A DNA stretch of 63,298 nt, filler included, from Basidiobolus meristosporus CBS 931.73 (taxonomy: Eukaryota; Fungi; Basidiobolomycota), in the NCBI GenBank assembly GCA_002104905.1. It is 4 parts of 4 records of this genome, joined end to end, with 100 filler letters (N's around TTAATTAATTAA, not from the genome) between each part and the next. Parts side by side here need not be neighbours in the genome. Positions count along the whole stretch, not along the records: positions 24,262 to 39,939 come from MCFE01001141.1; positions 40,040 to 54,691 come from MCFE01001173.1; 2 more parts are not named here. One strand, given 5' to 3'. Made by a program: the position numbers and the translations under genes. Below the pieces are notes generated by a model. It ran no database searches. It was not told the origin of the DNA and worked only from the letters and a program-made list of their open reading frames with translations. Shown piece by piece: positions 35,732-48,185 of the stretch (the first letter of the stretch is position 1; every line of letters starts with the position of its first letter).

Positions 35732-36341
35732 CGCAATGATTAATATAATGGCAGGTGGGGGTTTGAAACTTTATACAGCTCTTATACCGCTCGAAATGTT
35801 GTTTTGAAGACCAACATTATTATTCATAGCAATCTTGGAAGACCTTGGATTACACTGTAATACCGTGTGAGAAAAATTGACCTGATATTTTCAGAGTCAC
35901 CTACACAGCAAATATTTCGAGTATAAATCCAAATTTGGTATCACAAATATTACCTACAATTATGTAAATCTGATAGTTTCCTTAGTAAGATACTGGTACA
36001 GTATCCTGTAATGCTTCAAATCCTGATGGATAACCCAATCCTTTTCTAGACAGGTCCGCAACATTGTACATTGCTACTCAAGATTGTAGATAACAGGGAG
36101 TAATCGGCATCAAATCGTGATTGATAAATCTGATTCGCAATTTCTGTGCATTATTCTTTCGGAGCAACAAGCAGGTTTTTTATCGGAAATCTGAGGCACG
36201 AAGGGTTGGCACCATCAATAACTTGGAATGTGATCTTGGTTAATATTCGTCTTCAAATGGAGTCGTTTCAGCCCCAAAAATCCCGACACACACTGAAATG
36301 CCTTAAATACACAACCCAACTCCTACCGTAGATATCATACT

Positions 36342-37901
36342 ATGGTATACTACACTTCGTGTAAAGTTCTTTCCCAAAGTCAAACACCGGTATCAGCTCA
36401 ATGTGAGGTTCCATTTGGTACCATTACAATGGGAGAGGAGTGGAATAGAATTGTTGTTGCAATTGTATCAGTTGCTCAACCAATGGGTGTATCAATCATT
36501 GGGCTTGTACTCTGGCGCCTTTGGTGGCTGAACAGACGAAAAGCATTCCCCACTAGAAAACACTACGGCCATAGTTGGGCAATTGCCACCGCCATGACAC
36601 ACATGCCTGGATTGTTGACTCTGTTAGGTTCATTGCTCAAAATCCGTAAATTTGGAGTGAAAAAGGCCACTGTAACTTTGATCTTGATGTTATTCCTTGT
36701 CGGAGTCGTAGTACCGCTTCTCAGCTTACTGTGGTCCTTTTTTGTAATCAAAGTCGATGATATACCCTATAAACTGGAGTATGCTATCAATGTTAACCTC
36801 AATAACCCACCTTTGCCAGAGGCAGTAAAGAGTCGAGCACCATTGATATTGTCGATGGGCAAAGTTGTCTACGGTGAAAAACCTCTACTTGGTGTTGATC
36901 TCTTGAAGGATTATACTGTGGGAATAGAGACTACCGAGGTCATTCCTGTAGAAAGCCACTGGCGGTGGTGGAAAGTTCTAATCCTTCCCAAAGAGAAGAC
37001 CTGCATCATATCTAACGCAACGATCTCGAAGATACAACCAGCTGCAATTTCGTATGTAAACTTTGGAAACAACAAAGACGATATCGTAATGGAGGAAGTA
37101 CGGGGTAGGTGTGGTGCTTTGGGCCCTACCATAAGCTATTTTGGGTCACAAGAAGCCATTGACGACAACTCACCAATACCTTTCCACATCGTTGAGAGCC
37201 TTCAAAGTGTTGAGAATCAAGATGATTGGTGTCATATCCAATATTCCTGCCAGATTAAGGTGCATATAATGCGAGGCGAAATACTGGCTAACTCAGATGG
37301 TGAAGTGACATGGGGAAACTACTCAGGTACATATGATCATCCCAGCATTTCTAAAACCGTGAGTGCAATAAGTGGCGCCGCCAAAGTAAGCGATTATTTA
37401 CTCCAAAAGTGGTTGGATGTTGGTTGGAATAATACTTGGCAAAATAAGGCAGTAACAGTGGTCAAGGAGGCAGCGATCACCAAGTATGACATGTATAACT
37501 CCTTAGGGAAATACAAGTCAGCCTTCGAAACCCTACAACAAACGCTTCGAGAGTTTACCAGAGAAGCAACATTTCAACAACCGCAGGTTGCTATCGTTCG
37601 AATCAATGGCAAAACAAAGAAAATTCAATTTAGATGGATTGTTGGTCTAGCCTGGTTTATAGCCATCATGATATCTGCAGCGGCATATGCCATATGCTTT
37701 AAGAGATTGCGCTCCGATCCCCTATTACAGCAAGTTCTTGATTCCTGGCAAGTGATTAATAGAGTGGCTGCTATCCTGGAAGAAACAAAATTAGGAAAAT
37801 TCAATGAGGAACAAACCTATTATGACTGGCCTCAAGACATATCTGACACAGAGAAGAATACCACTACTGAACCGTATCCAGAAAATGATTCCAAGAGGTG
37901 A
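36342..37901 (+). CDS. Family B copy 2: unrecognised 3-TM membrane protein (519 aa), intronless
   Basis: Hydrophobic segments IVVAIVSVAQPMGVSIIGLVLW, TLILMLFLVGVVVPLLSLLWSFFVI and WIVGLAWFIAIMISAAAYAICF. Collinear with copy 1. Confidence 0.85.
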   Translation: MVYYTSCKVLSQSQTPVSAQCEVPFGTITMGEEWNRIVVAIVSVAQPMGVSIIGLVLWRLWWLNRRKAFPTRKHYGHSWAIATAMTHMPGLLTLLGSLLKIRKFGVKKATVTLILMLFLVGVVVPLLSLLWSFFVIKVDDIPYKLEYAINVNLNNPPLPEAVKSRAPLILSMGKVVYGEKPLLGVDLLKDYTVGIETTEVIPVESHWRWWKVLILPKEKTCIISNATISKIQPAAISYVNFGNNKDDIVMEEVRGRCGALGPTISYFGSQEAIDDNSPIPFHIVESLQSVENQDDWCHIQYSCQIKVHIMRGEILANSDGEVTWGNYSGTYDHPSISKTVSAISGAAKVSDYLLQKWLDVGWNNTWQNKAVTVVKEAAITKYDMYNSLGKYKSAFETLQQTLREFTREATFQQPQVAIVRINGKTKKIQFRWIVGLAWFIAIMISAAAYAICFKRLRSDPLLQQVLDSWQVINRVAAILEETKLGKFNEEQTYYDWPQDISDTEKNTTTEPYPENDSKR

Positions 37902-38419
37902 GGCTACTGACAAGCTTTGCACTTGTTTAGTAGCATCCTAAATTGAATATTAGTATGAAATATTTCAAGCGTCCAGCTTGTACCTCCCTAAACAGTAGCT
38001 AAGTAAAATATAGTGACCATATTCTCGAATAGTCTTTGCCAACTGCGTTAACTTTCACCACAGGAGCAACTTGGCCACCAGCAATAAAAAATATGTGCAT
38101 CCTCCACGAGCTATGCTGTGGATTAGATAAGATAATAGCTCTATATCCAATTTCTATCAATATTGTATAAGAATTGATGAGTGATGACTGGATTGTTTAA
38201 CACAAATGATATCTTATAAAGTACTCACAATTTAACTTGATAAATGGTACTATGTACAATATATTCAAGGTTTCTAGACTTATCCTTTTTAGCCTTTAAA
38301 GTATATGTTAGCAAGTTAGGTCGTGTTATACTGACTCAGTCACTTATGAAAATATCCGAATACCAATGCTACTTGTGTATCTAGTTAGCAGTTGCCAAAT
38401 TAGATATCACGGACTAGAC

Positions 38420-38930
38420 TTACAGGATCTAGATTGAAAACCTGAAATCCACTATTTCCAATTTAAATCCGACGATCACATGTTAGGTGGAGTGCTTACA
38501 AGCTTACCACATTCAGAACGGGATCTAAATTGTGTATCAGTTCTGGTGACATTTAACGCATCAACTACTAAGTCACATTCACCGATATACCGGTTTTACC
38601 TAGATGCCAAATCTTATGTGGTCAATTCTATAGTAGCCCCTTCCTTTCACACCCACACGATACTACTAGTCAGCTTGTGTCACATTCAATTGTTGCCCAA
38701 TAGGCCTTTCCACACTCTGGTAAGCATCTCGGAATAATGGAGAACACAAATATGCTAGGTTGCATCGGGGTGTGTTATCTCGATTTCTGATCATATGATT
38801 GGAGTTGTAGCGGATGCGATATTGTTGAAGATCAACATGGTATTCACATCAAATAGGGTTATTGCCCGGGCAGCTGCTTCCAGACTTCTTTCCATGTCGG
38901 AATTCTCACCAACCCCACGATATGAAGATG
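38420..38930 (-). pseudogene. Family C repeated pseudogenic segment, copy 3
   Basis: Homologous to 27165-27655 and 28780-29310. Confidence 0.6.
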
Positions 38931-39499
38931 AAGCCGATTCGATGTAACCAGTTTATTGAACTTGTTAATTCCATAATATGCATTTGTTTCGTATGTTGAG
39001 GATTTTACGAACCCCAAATCATGAGTTGATGAATAACAGAGTACATCAGGGTAGTGTTTGAAAAAGCATGAGATGACTGCTTAAGCTTCGCCTCAACATT
39101 TCTCCTCGCAGAGAAATACATCTGGTGAATCAGATAAAGTGAATAGTAGCTCATTCCCAGCTCCAAAACCATTAGATGAGGTAGTTCAATGGCTGTATAA
39201 AGCATATTGAAATAGGTCAAGATATCGTTTTCCGGAGTAAGACTACAGCCATCAAGATTGGCAGGAAATATTGCCGAAGAAAAAGAGCCATCAATACTAC
39301 AACTTATGGTACATTCGATTTTTAAATTTGGGGATAAATTGCATAAAATATTTCATAGTGGGTGCACATAGATGGAGCTAGAACTATACAAGCCCAGGCT
39401 AACAGGCAAGTGGCAGTTTTATTTCAAAGTGAAGACACAATATTCTCTTACTTTTAGAATAGCCAATATTGCACACATGCGTAACATCTGATTGAAAGA

Positions 39500-39939
39500 A
39501 AATATAGATATTGGATGGTTTCCACAATTGCCTGATGTCTCAGAAGGATCCATCGTTTAACTAGATTCATTCTTGCGGAGTGAGAAATTCGGCGACAGGA
39601 AGTGGGGAGTCCAAATCTCAAACTACTGTGAAATACATCTGATCTGATATAAAGTATCTATTGACGTAAAGCAGAGAATAGAATCTAGTGCAACAGAATG
39701 ATCTCTCCAGCCCACTGTGGTCCAAGACACCATCAAATGTTACTCGAGATCAGTCTATTGTCTACTGGTTAATCAAGCATACACTGATGTTCATATCACA
39801 ACTGAGTTACGGACAAGTTTACTGATCGTAAGAATATTCGATTTCATCAGTCGAAGGATTTATGCTTGTGAATACCAATCATAAATAGAAATCCGGATGG
39901 CTGGTTGTAGCTTTCAATCTCAATATTCAAGCAGAATAT
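39500..39939 (-). pseudogene. Family D repeated pseudogenic segment, copy 2 (cut by gap)
   Basis: Homologous to 32080-32510. Confidence 0.5.
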
Positions 39940-40039
39940 NNNNNNNNNNNNNNNNNNNNNNNNNNNNNNNNNNNNNNNNNNNNTTAATTAATTAANNNNN
40001 NNNNNNNNNNNNNNNNNNNNNNNNNNNNNNNNNNNNNNN
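39940..40039. other. Artificial scaffold linker
   Basis: 44 N + TTAATTAATTAA + 44 N. Confidence 0.97.
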
Positions 40040-40099
40040 ACATTAATAGAGAAACGGAGTACAAGACCAAATGTGGCAAAGAGAATATTAATTTGAACA

Positions 40100-42429
40100 A
40101 TGTGTTAGGGGAGGTGAAAATTGCAAGGCCTCCCGATCAGACATAGAAGTCATGTTACAGCCATAAGCCAATAGATAACGAAACTCGGCCTTTATTGTAG
40201 TCCATTTTCGCAACAAGAGCTGGCATGATGACAGCAGTAACAGAAACCTCCCATAGTCATTGGCGCGGTGTAGTACTATGAGTCTCAGTACCAAGCTGGG
40301 TAGTGATCAGGTCAACAAACTCAGTGTCTTGATATAGGACATAATGCCCATTCGTCCTGATTTAGGCTCACCTTTCTGCTCTGCTCGCATAACCTTATTT
40401 TGTCTCAGTCTTCCGGCAATTGAGGATCGGTATTGATGTTGTTAGGGGAAGTGAGACAACATTGGAGTCAAAGCTATCTAAATCTGGCATTTTCCGTTGG
40501 AGTATCCTATGGTCACGTATTATCAGTTGGTTGACGAGGTTTATCAAGCGAATGTTGGACAAGCCATCGAACCCTTGCATTATCGATTGTCGGATCCTCA
40601 GCGGCACACATAATGTACAGATCGGATGTCCTGGCTGGAGGAATACCGGCATTCGAAGAGACAACCGATTTCCAGTTTGAGCTACTCAATTAACGAGCGC
40701 GCTCAATTCGGCGCGAGTGTTTCATTTCATCTGCACATCTCCTGGTGCATGATACAAATCAAGTTTGGCTATTAAATGAGGTTACGTTACTCGAACTATG
40801 GATGGGCCCCCTATACGACCAGCATATCAACCTGGTTACTATTCGAGTGTTGGTGGGTTGGGGATATTTTAAACAGGCCGATAAGAAAGGAGTGATTCAT
40901 GCAAATTGAGCGCATCACGCGACACGAATGAGAAACATTCAAGGCCTACGCCGAATCACCAGGCGAATTTTGAACCATAGGCCAGTCTTACCCACTGCTA
41001 ATACGAATCGGACAAATCGACGTGCAGATTAATCGTTAGCGACCTGCCAAAACTGCCTACACAAGCCACCGCTTCAAGGATGGTAGTTGCACAATTTCTC
41101 GGATTAACGCCCTTTGGACATGGAGTCCACGCAAGATTCATCGCAATAAGCGGTGGTATCGAAACTCAAGAGCCCTGGACGTCGGTGTGTTTCTTCATTC
41201 CAGATGGAGCGGCCCGTGCTTTCGAAATTCGTCCGCTAGAGTCACCCAAACCTGCCGAGTGCTGGGGACTTCGTGAGGCTGGGTTTCTGCATACCATGGT
41301 GAAGTTACTCTCGACACTTCAAGACCGTGGTATGGAACGCATTGCTCGGTATCCCACAAACTTCATCACTGCGATGCATCCCAGTTGGGCAGTATTTACC
41401 AGGTCGCTCAGCTGATCACTTCAATTAAAAGGAGCAGTTAAACCCCCTGTGAACAAAGTAGTTCATAGATCTTGTGTTCAGATTTGGTCAAATCCGATCA
41501 AATGGTGTTTGTGAGTCACCCCACCCATTCTAAACTCTTGCCAGAGCCTTTGGTAAATGGTATGTCCTGGTCTAATATACAAGACGCCATGAATATTTTT
41601 GGAAGACCTGCAGGACGGAAAGGTGGACCGTTGGTGGATGACTTGATGTGCGCAGACACCCGCGAGAAGAAACAAGTCGGGCGCCTTGAGAGAAGCTACT
41701 TGCACTCCATTCCGACTGAAAGCATTGGGTAGGGCTCGGCTGGCTTTCCCGGCTAACGTATCAAAGGGCGATATTAGCCAAGGACCTGAGTGGGCCTTCG
41801 TGACCCGTCTGAGCAAGATCGCACCCTCTTTCTTCGGACACCTGGCACGTCGCTGGCGGAAGCTGGCATGGAATACTTGGGCGTCAGGATGGCTTCCGCT
41901 TATTAATAAACCACACCCATCGTCAATACCATGTTCCTTAAGTACTGAGTACGCTGTGGTGTCATTAGAGCTTGGGGTGGGGCGGGGCGGCTGCAGGTAT
42001 GGAGTTGACTCAATATCTGCGGGTTCATTATGATTAATTGAGGATGCCCATAGGAAGTACACGCGTTCGTTAATATGATTATGAATCAGATAGCCCTTTA
42101 TCCTGCTGTAAAAACTTCATCAGAGATGTCTAATTTGTGATACATTGCTCTAACGTGATATATCTTGTTCCAAGTGTGAAACATAGCTGCACTCTGGGCC
42201 GCAATCCAACTCGATTTCTTAATAATCCATAATTGATTCACTGGTGCGCCAAGCCTACAGTGCTCAGTGCTGCGACGCGCTCGCTCCAGCCATGCCATAT
42301 CCGTCCGGCACCATTGAGCTTTCCACCTGGATTGTTGCGCCACAAGGTGCTGTTTCTATTTGTGACATGAATCACAGCTGATGGATCCCTGCGCATCCTG
42401 GCCTTTTCTTGCTTGCGTCGGAATTTCAT
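40100..42429 (-). pseudogene. Possible degenerate coding sequence of unknown family
   Basis: CpG-retaining, relatively GC-rich, with several partial minus-strand frames (42238-42429, 42098-42343, 41478-42062, 40395-40664) broken by stops. No recognisable motif. Confidence 0.3.
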
Positions 42430-42844
42430 TCAAAAAAGTACACGCAGGCAACCGATTTGCTATTCGAATATTCGATCATCGGATGACAGCATCCTCGGTC
42501 ATAATACTCGTTTTGGTCGATTTTTAATTCCTCACCAAATTTCCTAAACAGTAACTGACTAACCCTGAAGTAACTGGCAATCAAATTAAAAGCCAGGCTC
42601 TCTTAATAGTTTTCCCCATCATCGAATTAGGTCATCCTTTTCAAATCTAGTAGCTTCTAACCCATTTGATTGTTCCTTTTTTCTGCCTTTTTCTTTCGAA
42701 GCACAGTCGTTATTTAGCCTAACCCTTTGTTTCTCCCAAGCTTGCATGGGATTCTAGCTTCAGTCTCTACCAGACACTTTATTCGTACGCCTATTCGATC
42801 GTTCAATATTGTTTGCACCAGCTTGCCAAGCTACCATTCACTTG

Positions 42845-45800
42845 ATGGAATTGACACCATACCATTTCTTGCTGTTAAGCCCTGGCCTTTATCAACTCGT
42901 CTTAGGGACACTAAGGCTATACTTTCTTAGCCGAAAGGAGACTCCCCTTGTTGCGCTCAGTGGTAAGTGCTTGGTCATATCGGGATCCCAGGAGGGCAAC
43001 CCTGCTTAACTGCCGATCGATTTTAGGCTCGAGCTCATATGGCACCAGTTCAACCTCCAATTCATCGGCAAAGCCTCCTCCTCGGTATTCCCCTCTGGGA
43101 AGAAAGCTCGCAAAATTTTGCAAGAAAGCAGCTCGCATCGTTGCTTACATCTGCCTGATAGAATTTGTTGTTTTGCTTTTCCCGCAGTTATTCAAAGACC
43201 TGAATGTTGATTACTTTTTGCTCGCACTCTCCATATCAAACTTCTTCAGTTGGTTCTTGGCTTCGTATATTACCAGAAAGGAGAAAAAAAAGAAGATTCG
43301 CTATGGATGGATCAATAGAGGATTCTGGGTGTTATCATACGCTGTTGCCAACGTTCAACTATACCTGTATATCGCCCATCTGACCCACGACAACTTGTCA
43401 CATAATATTTTTGAGTATACCAATATTGCCTATTTTGTTGTGTTCGTTGGCCGCTATCTGTTGAGCGCGTTCATGGGCTTCTCGGGTGTTGTCTTGCCTT
43501 TCCTGAAGTTCAGGGCTGGATCCCAAGGCGAGCGTTCCTCACTGTTGAATAACACAGCCAGCGATAGTGATGAAGACGTGGAGGAGGGGATCTTCGTTCC
43601 TCGTTTGAAGCCCAACGCGCCCAAGGGGGGAATCCGCAAATTCTACGAGCGCGTGAAGCTTTTGTTGCCATTCCTGTGGCCATCTGATAATCTATATCTG
43701 CAATTCATGATCGTTATGTGTATATTGCTTTTGATGCTTGGTAACGTCATAAGTGTCCTTGCCCCTCGTGCAGCAAAAGACGTATTCGACTCATTCACTG
43801 GTGAGAATACGACCCCATATTTTGCTTGGGGACGCATTCTGTATTTCGTCTTTTTGAAGTTCTTGCAAGGAAGCGTGGGTTTGGTTAGCTCCACGCAAAA
43901 AGTCTTCTGGATTCCAGTCGGACAGGTACCGCTACGTGGTTGGTTTGGTATTTCCAGCCAGAAGTTGCTGACACTCTTCCCAATAGTACACGACCAAAGC
44001 GATCTCGGTCAAAATGTTCAAGCATCTTCACAACCTATCGCTTCGCTTTCATATCAACCGTAAGACCGGTGAAGTTCTCAGAGTTCAAGGTAAACAATCT
44101 TGGTTGATGACGATCCACGCGTGTCCTTGAATTGACATTTTCAAAATCAGATCGTGGTGTAGCCAGTATCGTATCGCTTCTCAACTCTCTGTTCTTCAAT
44201 ATTGTCCCTACGTTGGTAGATATCGGCGTAGCTTGCGCCTACTTCACCTACCACTTCGATATCTATTTTGGAACCATTGTGTTCATGACGATGGGACTGT
44301 ACATTCTGTCTACCATCATCATCACCGATTGGAGAACAAAATACCGTCGTCTAGCCAACAATTTGGACAACGCTATGGAAGCCAAGGCTGTAGACTCCCT
44401 TTTGAACTTCGAGACTGTGAAGTACTACAATGCGGAAGACTACGAAGTAGAGCAATACACCAAGGCCATCAACGATTATCAAAGTGCCGACTGGATGAAC
44501 ACCTTCACACTCAGTCTTCTGAATACTACTCAAAACACCATTATACAGCTTGGTCTCTTGGTGGGGTGTCTCTTGTGCTCGAAGAGAATCGTTCATGGCG
44601 AAATGACTCCCGGTGATTTTATGTTGTATCTGACATATATCACCCAGTTGTATGGTCCTCTTAATTGGTAACGTACCCATCTGTGATGTTGATTTGGTAG
44701 TACACTTATACTTATGTTGGGAACTTCTAGGTTTGGGAGCTACTATAGACTTATCCAGAAAAACTTCATCGATATGGAGACCTTGCTCGAGCTGTTCCAA
44801 GAGCCAATTGAAGTCAAAGACCTCCCTAATACGGAGGAGTTGGTTGTCAAGAAAGGAGATGTGGTTTTCGGTAAGTGTATTTTCATGAATCCATCTTTAA
44901 AACAAGTGACTTACGATATTTCTGTTAGAAAACGTTTCATTCTCCTACGATAACAAGATCGCCATTTTGAAGAACATCTCCTTCAAAATTACTCATGGCA
45001 CCACCGTTGCATTGGTAATGGGCGGATCATCAGCTTCACCTTATCTACCGCGGTCGCTAATAGATGTTTATTTAGGTCGGGCCTTCCGGTAGCGGAAAGA
45101 GTACACTACTCCGCTTGCTGTTCCGCTTCTATGATGTGCAGGGTGGTAGAATCCTCATTGATGGGCAAGACATTCGCCACGTGAAACAGAAGGACCTGAG
45201 AAGATATATCGGGGTGGTGCCCCAAGTAAGTATTTTCGGCTGAACTGGTCCGAATCGAGTCACGCGCCTAACCTCTTGTCTTTCTAGGATACGGTTCTGT
45301 TCAACGATGACATCCGCTACAACATTCGATATGGTAAGGTGCACGCAACTGATAAAGAGGTAGAGAAGGCAGCTATAGCAGCCAGAATTCACAACAAGAT
45401 CGTTGGATTCCCGGATGGCTACAACACCAGAGTCGGCGAGCGTGGTCTTAGGTTGAGTGGTGGAGAGAAGCAAAGAGTCGCCATAGCGCGAACTATCTTG
45501 AAGGATCCACCCATCGTGTTGCTTGACGAAGCCACCTCTGCACTAGACACCAACACGGAACGCCATATCCAGGCCGCTCTGAAATCCATGACCAAAAACA
45601 GAACCACGCTGGTGATTGCCCATCGTCTTTCTACCATTGTTCACGCCGACATGATATTGGTCATGAGAGACGGAGAGATTGTCGAGCGGGGCTCTCATGT
45701 TGAGTTGATGAGTAATCGTGACGGTGTGTACTACGATCTATGGATGAAACAGCTGCAAGATGACGAGAAGACGAAAGAGGAGGTGCTTCAACAACTAGAG

Positions 45801-45869
45801 GATCTCGGCACTTCCGAATCAGATATGGAGGGCTCTACATCCTCTGCTACCGACCAAAAGAAAGTGTAG
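42845..45869 (+). CDS. hmt1: HMT1/ABCB6-like ABC half-transporter (heavy-metal tolerance type), 8 exons
   Basis: Exons 42845-42962, 43027-43925, 43987-44089, 44151-44667, 44731-44870, 44929-45014, 45076-45225, 45288-45869, all GT-AG. Motifs [33 protein letters not shown], Walker [10 protein letters not shown], signature LSGGEKQR, Walker B VLLDEATS. The hydrophobic N-terminal extension favours HMT1/ABCB6 over mitochondrial ATM1. Confidence 0.92.
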
Positions 45870-46526
45870 GCAAGGTCTCTACCACAGCGGTGGTTGCTCA
45901 GTCCGATAGAATGATTGTGATCCAAGTCGACATTATGATGATGGAGCGTAGACCCTTAGAGTGAGGGCAATGACTCAGAGTGTAGCATATTACCATATGC
46001 CTTACCATTAAGCAACCTTAATTAGTCTGTTTTCGAGAGTTTTCATTTTAGTACCAACATGAACTGAACAAAACAATAAACGCATCTTTGTCTTGAATTC
46101 CTGAGCTGGATGTGTCCACATTCTTGAAATCACTATGGCGGCAACAGCTGGTTTGGCTGCCAAACGTCAGGTGCTTTTTCGGTGCATCTGAACCAAATTC
46201 TTGGGAACAGTGTTACCATAAATTAGCCTATATATGGAGGACTTGCCTCAAAATCAGTGCTCCCTTATCGAGCAATGACTTTCTACGAGGCTCCTTGTAC
46301 CCGCGTGGGAAACATCGATCTCTCTAAAATAGCCTCATCTTGGCAACACTGGTTTGAGACCAATCCCTAGCTTGGTGAGATAAGTAGGTTGGTGGTTGTG
46401 AAAGTTGCATGGAGATGGTTTAGATAAGTCCACCATTTATTCATCGCTAGCAGGGTATAGTAATGTATTTACAGTTAAGTTTGGAATTAGACAAAATGAG
46501 TTAGTCTGTACAATAATTATGGGTGA

Positions 46527-48185
46527 TCAGTCGTTCATCTCCGGGAACGAGCTAAATGAGGTAACTGCTCGGGTAAGAGCCCTCCAGCAGGCCTCAGCAC
46601 GAGTCAAGAAACCATAGTAGGCAATTAATTCAGGGATTCTAGTATTTTCGCCTCCTAGCTGCTTAAGGACTCTATCTAGCTCGGAGGAGACCTCTTGATG
46701 AGCACGTTCCAGGAGTGTCTTCATCTCATCCCATTCACTGTAGTACTTATGCATTTTAGAGCTACGGTCAAGCAGCATTTCAGAGGAGCGACGCATCACA
46801 ATAAGCATAAGACGGGAGAACTCGTACATCGTTTTGCTGGTGTATGCAGATATCACTCTTTCGTTGGCCCCGCCGATGGTGATGCTCTCAAGCGTAGATT
46901 CACCATCATTCGTATGGGCGGATGTGATCTCAGTAATTGGCACTAGATATGTCAAAGACATGAAGGGATAAACCATTTCTTGCATTTGTTGAATGGCAAA
47001 TCGATAACGCCGAGCTCGCTCGAGATCACGACCATGTCTGTTTCGTAAGAAATGAAGTGGAACCTGTATCAAGTACTCGTTTGATGCTACATCGATTCGT
47101 GCCATCTGTTTGGTGAGCTTTAGAATGATCTGTTCAGCACAATCGCGTGCTTCATCCAACGACATGACCGGAACATCAACAACGCTCGACTTGATCTGCT
47201 CAGGTTGGACAGATAGAGTGCGGTGAATTGATAGTTTCCTTCTGGCGCCGGCGAACAGGCACCCGTGGGTGTCTGGAACTGGCTCTTTGTTGTAATATTC
47301 CTCTGCGACTCCGGAGATGGATGAGTACATTTTGGTGATATCCCCCATAATGTTCCCAAGGCTTTCACGTAGCGAATGGCTGGCTTTTTGAGGAAACACG
47401 AGAGAGGAGAAAAGCATCCCGATCAAGACCCCAGCCAGGACGCATGCTATACGCCTGAACCCGATCGCTACAACGTCGTTCTTACCGGAAAGTAGGTCGT
47501 CATAACCTGCTAGCATAACTATCTGCATAGTGATGGGGCCGATGCTGCCGATATATCCAGCCCGAGGCACCTTCTTTTTGATATACACGAAGATGTAAGT
47601 GAAGAAGAACAGAAATATGGCAAGGAACATTGGCGATAACCAGCTTTGAACTGCAGCAGGGAATTGGTGCGCTATTATGATCAGCAATATGGAGATCAAC
47701 CCGCTCACCACAGTTCCTATTGCGCGAAGAAATCCTTGTTGTAAAGAGGCACCAAAACTATCTTGCAGTACCACAACGATTGTGATTCCCACCCAGTTAG
47801 AGCCATGAATGTAAAGGGCAGGGACAAAAGTGGCTAAGGACGCGAAGAGCACTGCACTCGATACCTGGATGGCGTACTGATTGGTGACCGATATGCTGGA
47901 TGAAAAATCCCTTAGACAACGTCTAAACCTTGTGAACCGGATCTTGCCGAGATTGGATTGTTTAATCGACACTGGAGTCGACTCACACTTCTCGTGAAGC
48001 GCTTTGAGTGAAGGCTGTTCAATAAGCACACGCTTGGATGAGGGTTGTTTTTGTGCAAGCTTATCAGAACCAGGGGTGGGTATTGGACTCAATTCATACA
48101 CGGTTCTCGTGGAGGAATTTACTGTACTCTCGAGATCCGTAGTCTCTAGTGGTATTGTAATGGAGGGGTTGGGATTGTTGTGCAT
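46527..48185 (-). CDS. ALMT/FUSC (aromatic acid exporter)-family membrane transporter, 552 aa, intronless
   Basis: YAIQVSSAVLFAS...WVGITIVVVLQDSFGASLQQGFLRAIGTVVSG...FRRIACVLAGVLIGMLFSSLVFPQKASHSLRESL: W...T+..V, R..GT..G and R......G...........P..A motifs with ~6 TM segments. Confidence 0.85.
   Translation of the reverse strand: MHNNPNPSITIPLETTDLESTVNSSTRTVYELSPIPTPGSDKLAQKQPSSKRVLIEQPSLKALHEKCESTPVSIKQSNLGKIRFTRFRRCLRDFSSSISVTNQYAIQVSSAVLFASLATFVPALYIHGSNWVGITIVVVLQDSFGASLQQGFLRAIGTVVSGLISILLIIIAHQFPAAVQSWLSPMFLAIFLFFFTYIFVYIKKKVPRAGYIGSIGPITMQIVMLAGYDDLLSGKNDVVAIGFRRIACVLAGVLIGMLFSSLVFPQKASHSLRESLGNIMGDITKMYSSISGVAEEYYNKEPVPDTHGCLFAGARRKLSIHRTLSVQPEQIKSSVVDVPVMSLDEARDCAEQIILKLTKQMARIDVASNEYLIQVPLHFLRNRHGRDLERARRYRFAIQQMQEMVYPFMSLTYLVPITEITSAHTNDGESTLESITIGGANERVISAYTSKTMYEFSRLMLIVMRRSSEMLLDRSSKMHKYYSEWDEMKTLLERAHQEVSSELDRVLKQLGGENTRIPELIAYYGFLTRAEACWRALTRAVTSFSSFPEMND

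Noticed and set aside
42727-42844. Upstream ORF starts (42727, 42809, 42948) for the ABC transporter
   Set aside because: These rely on alternative start codons or read through intron sequence. ATG 42845 with the 42963-43026 intron gives a clean frame.
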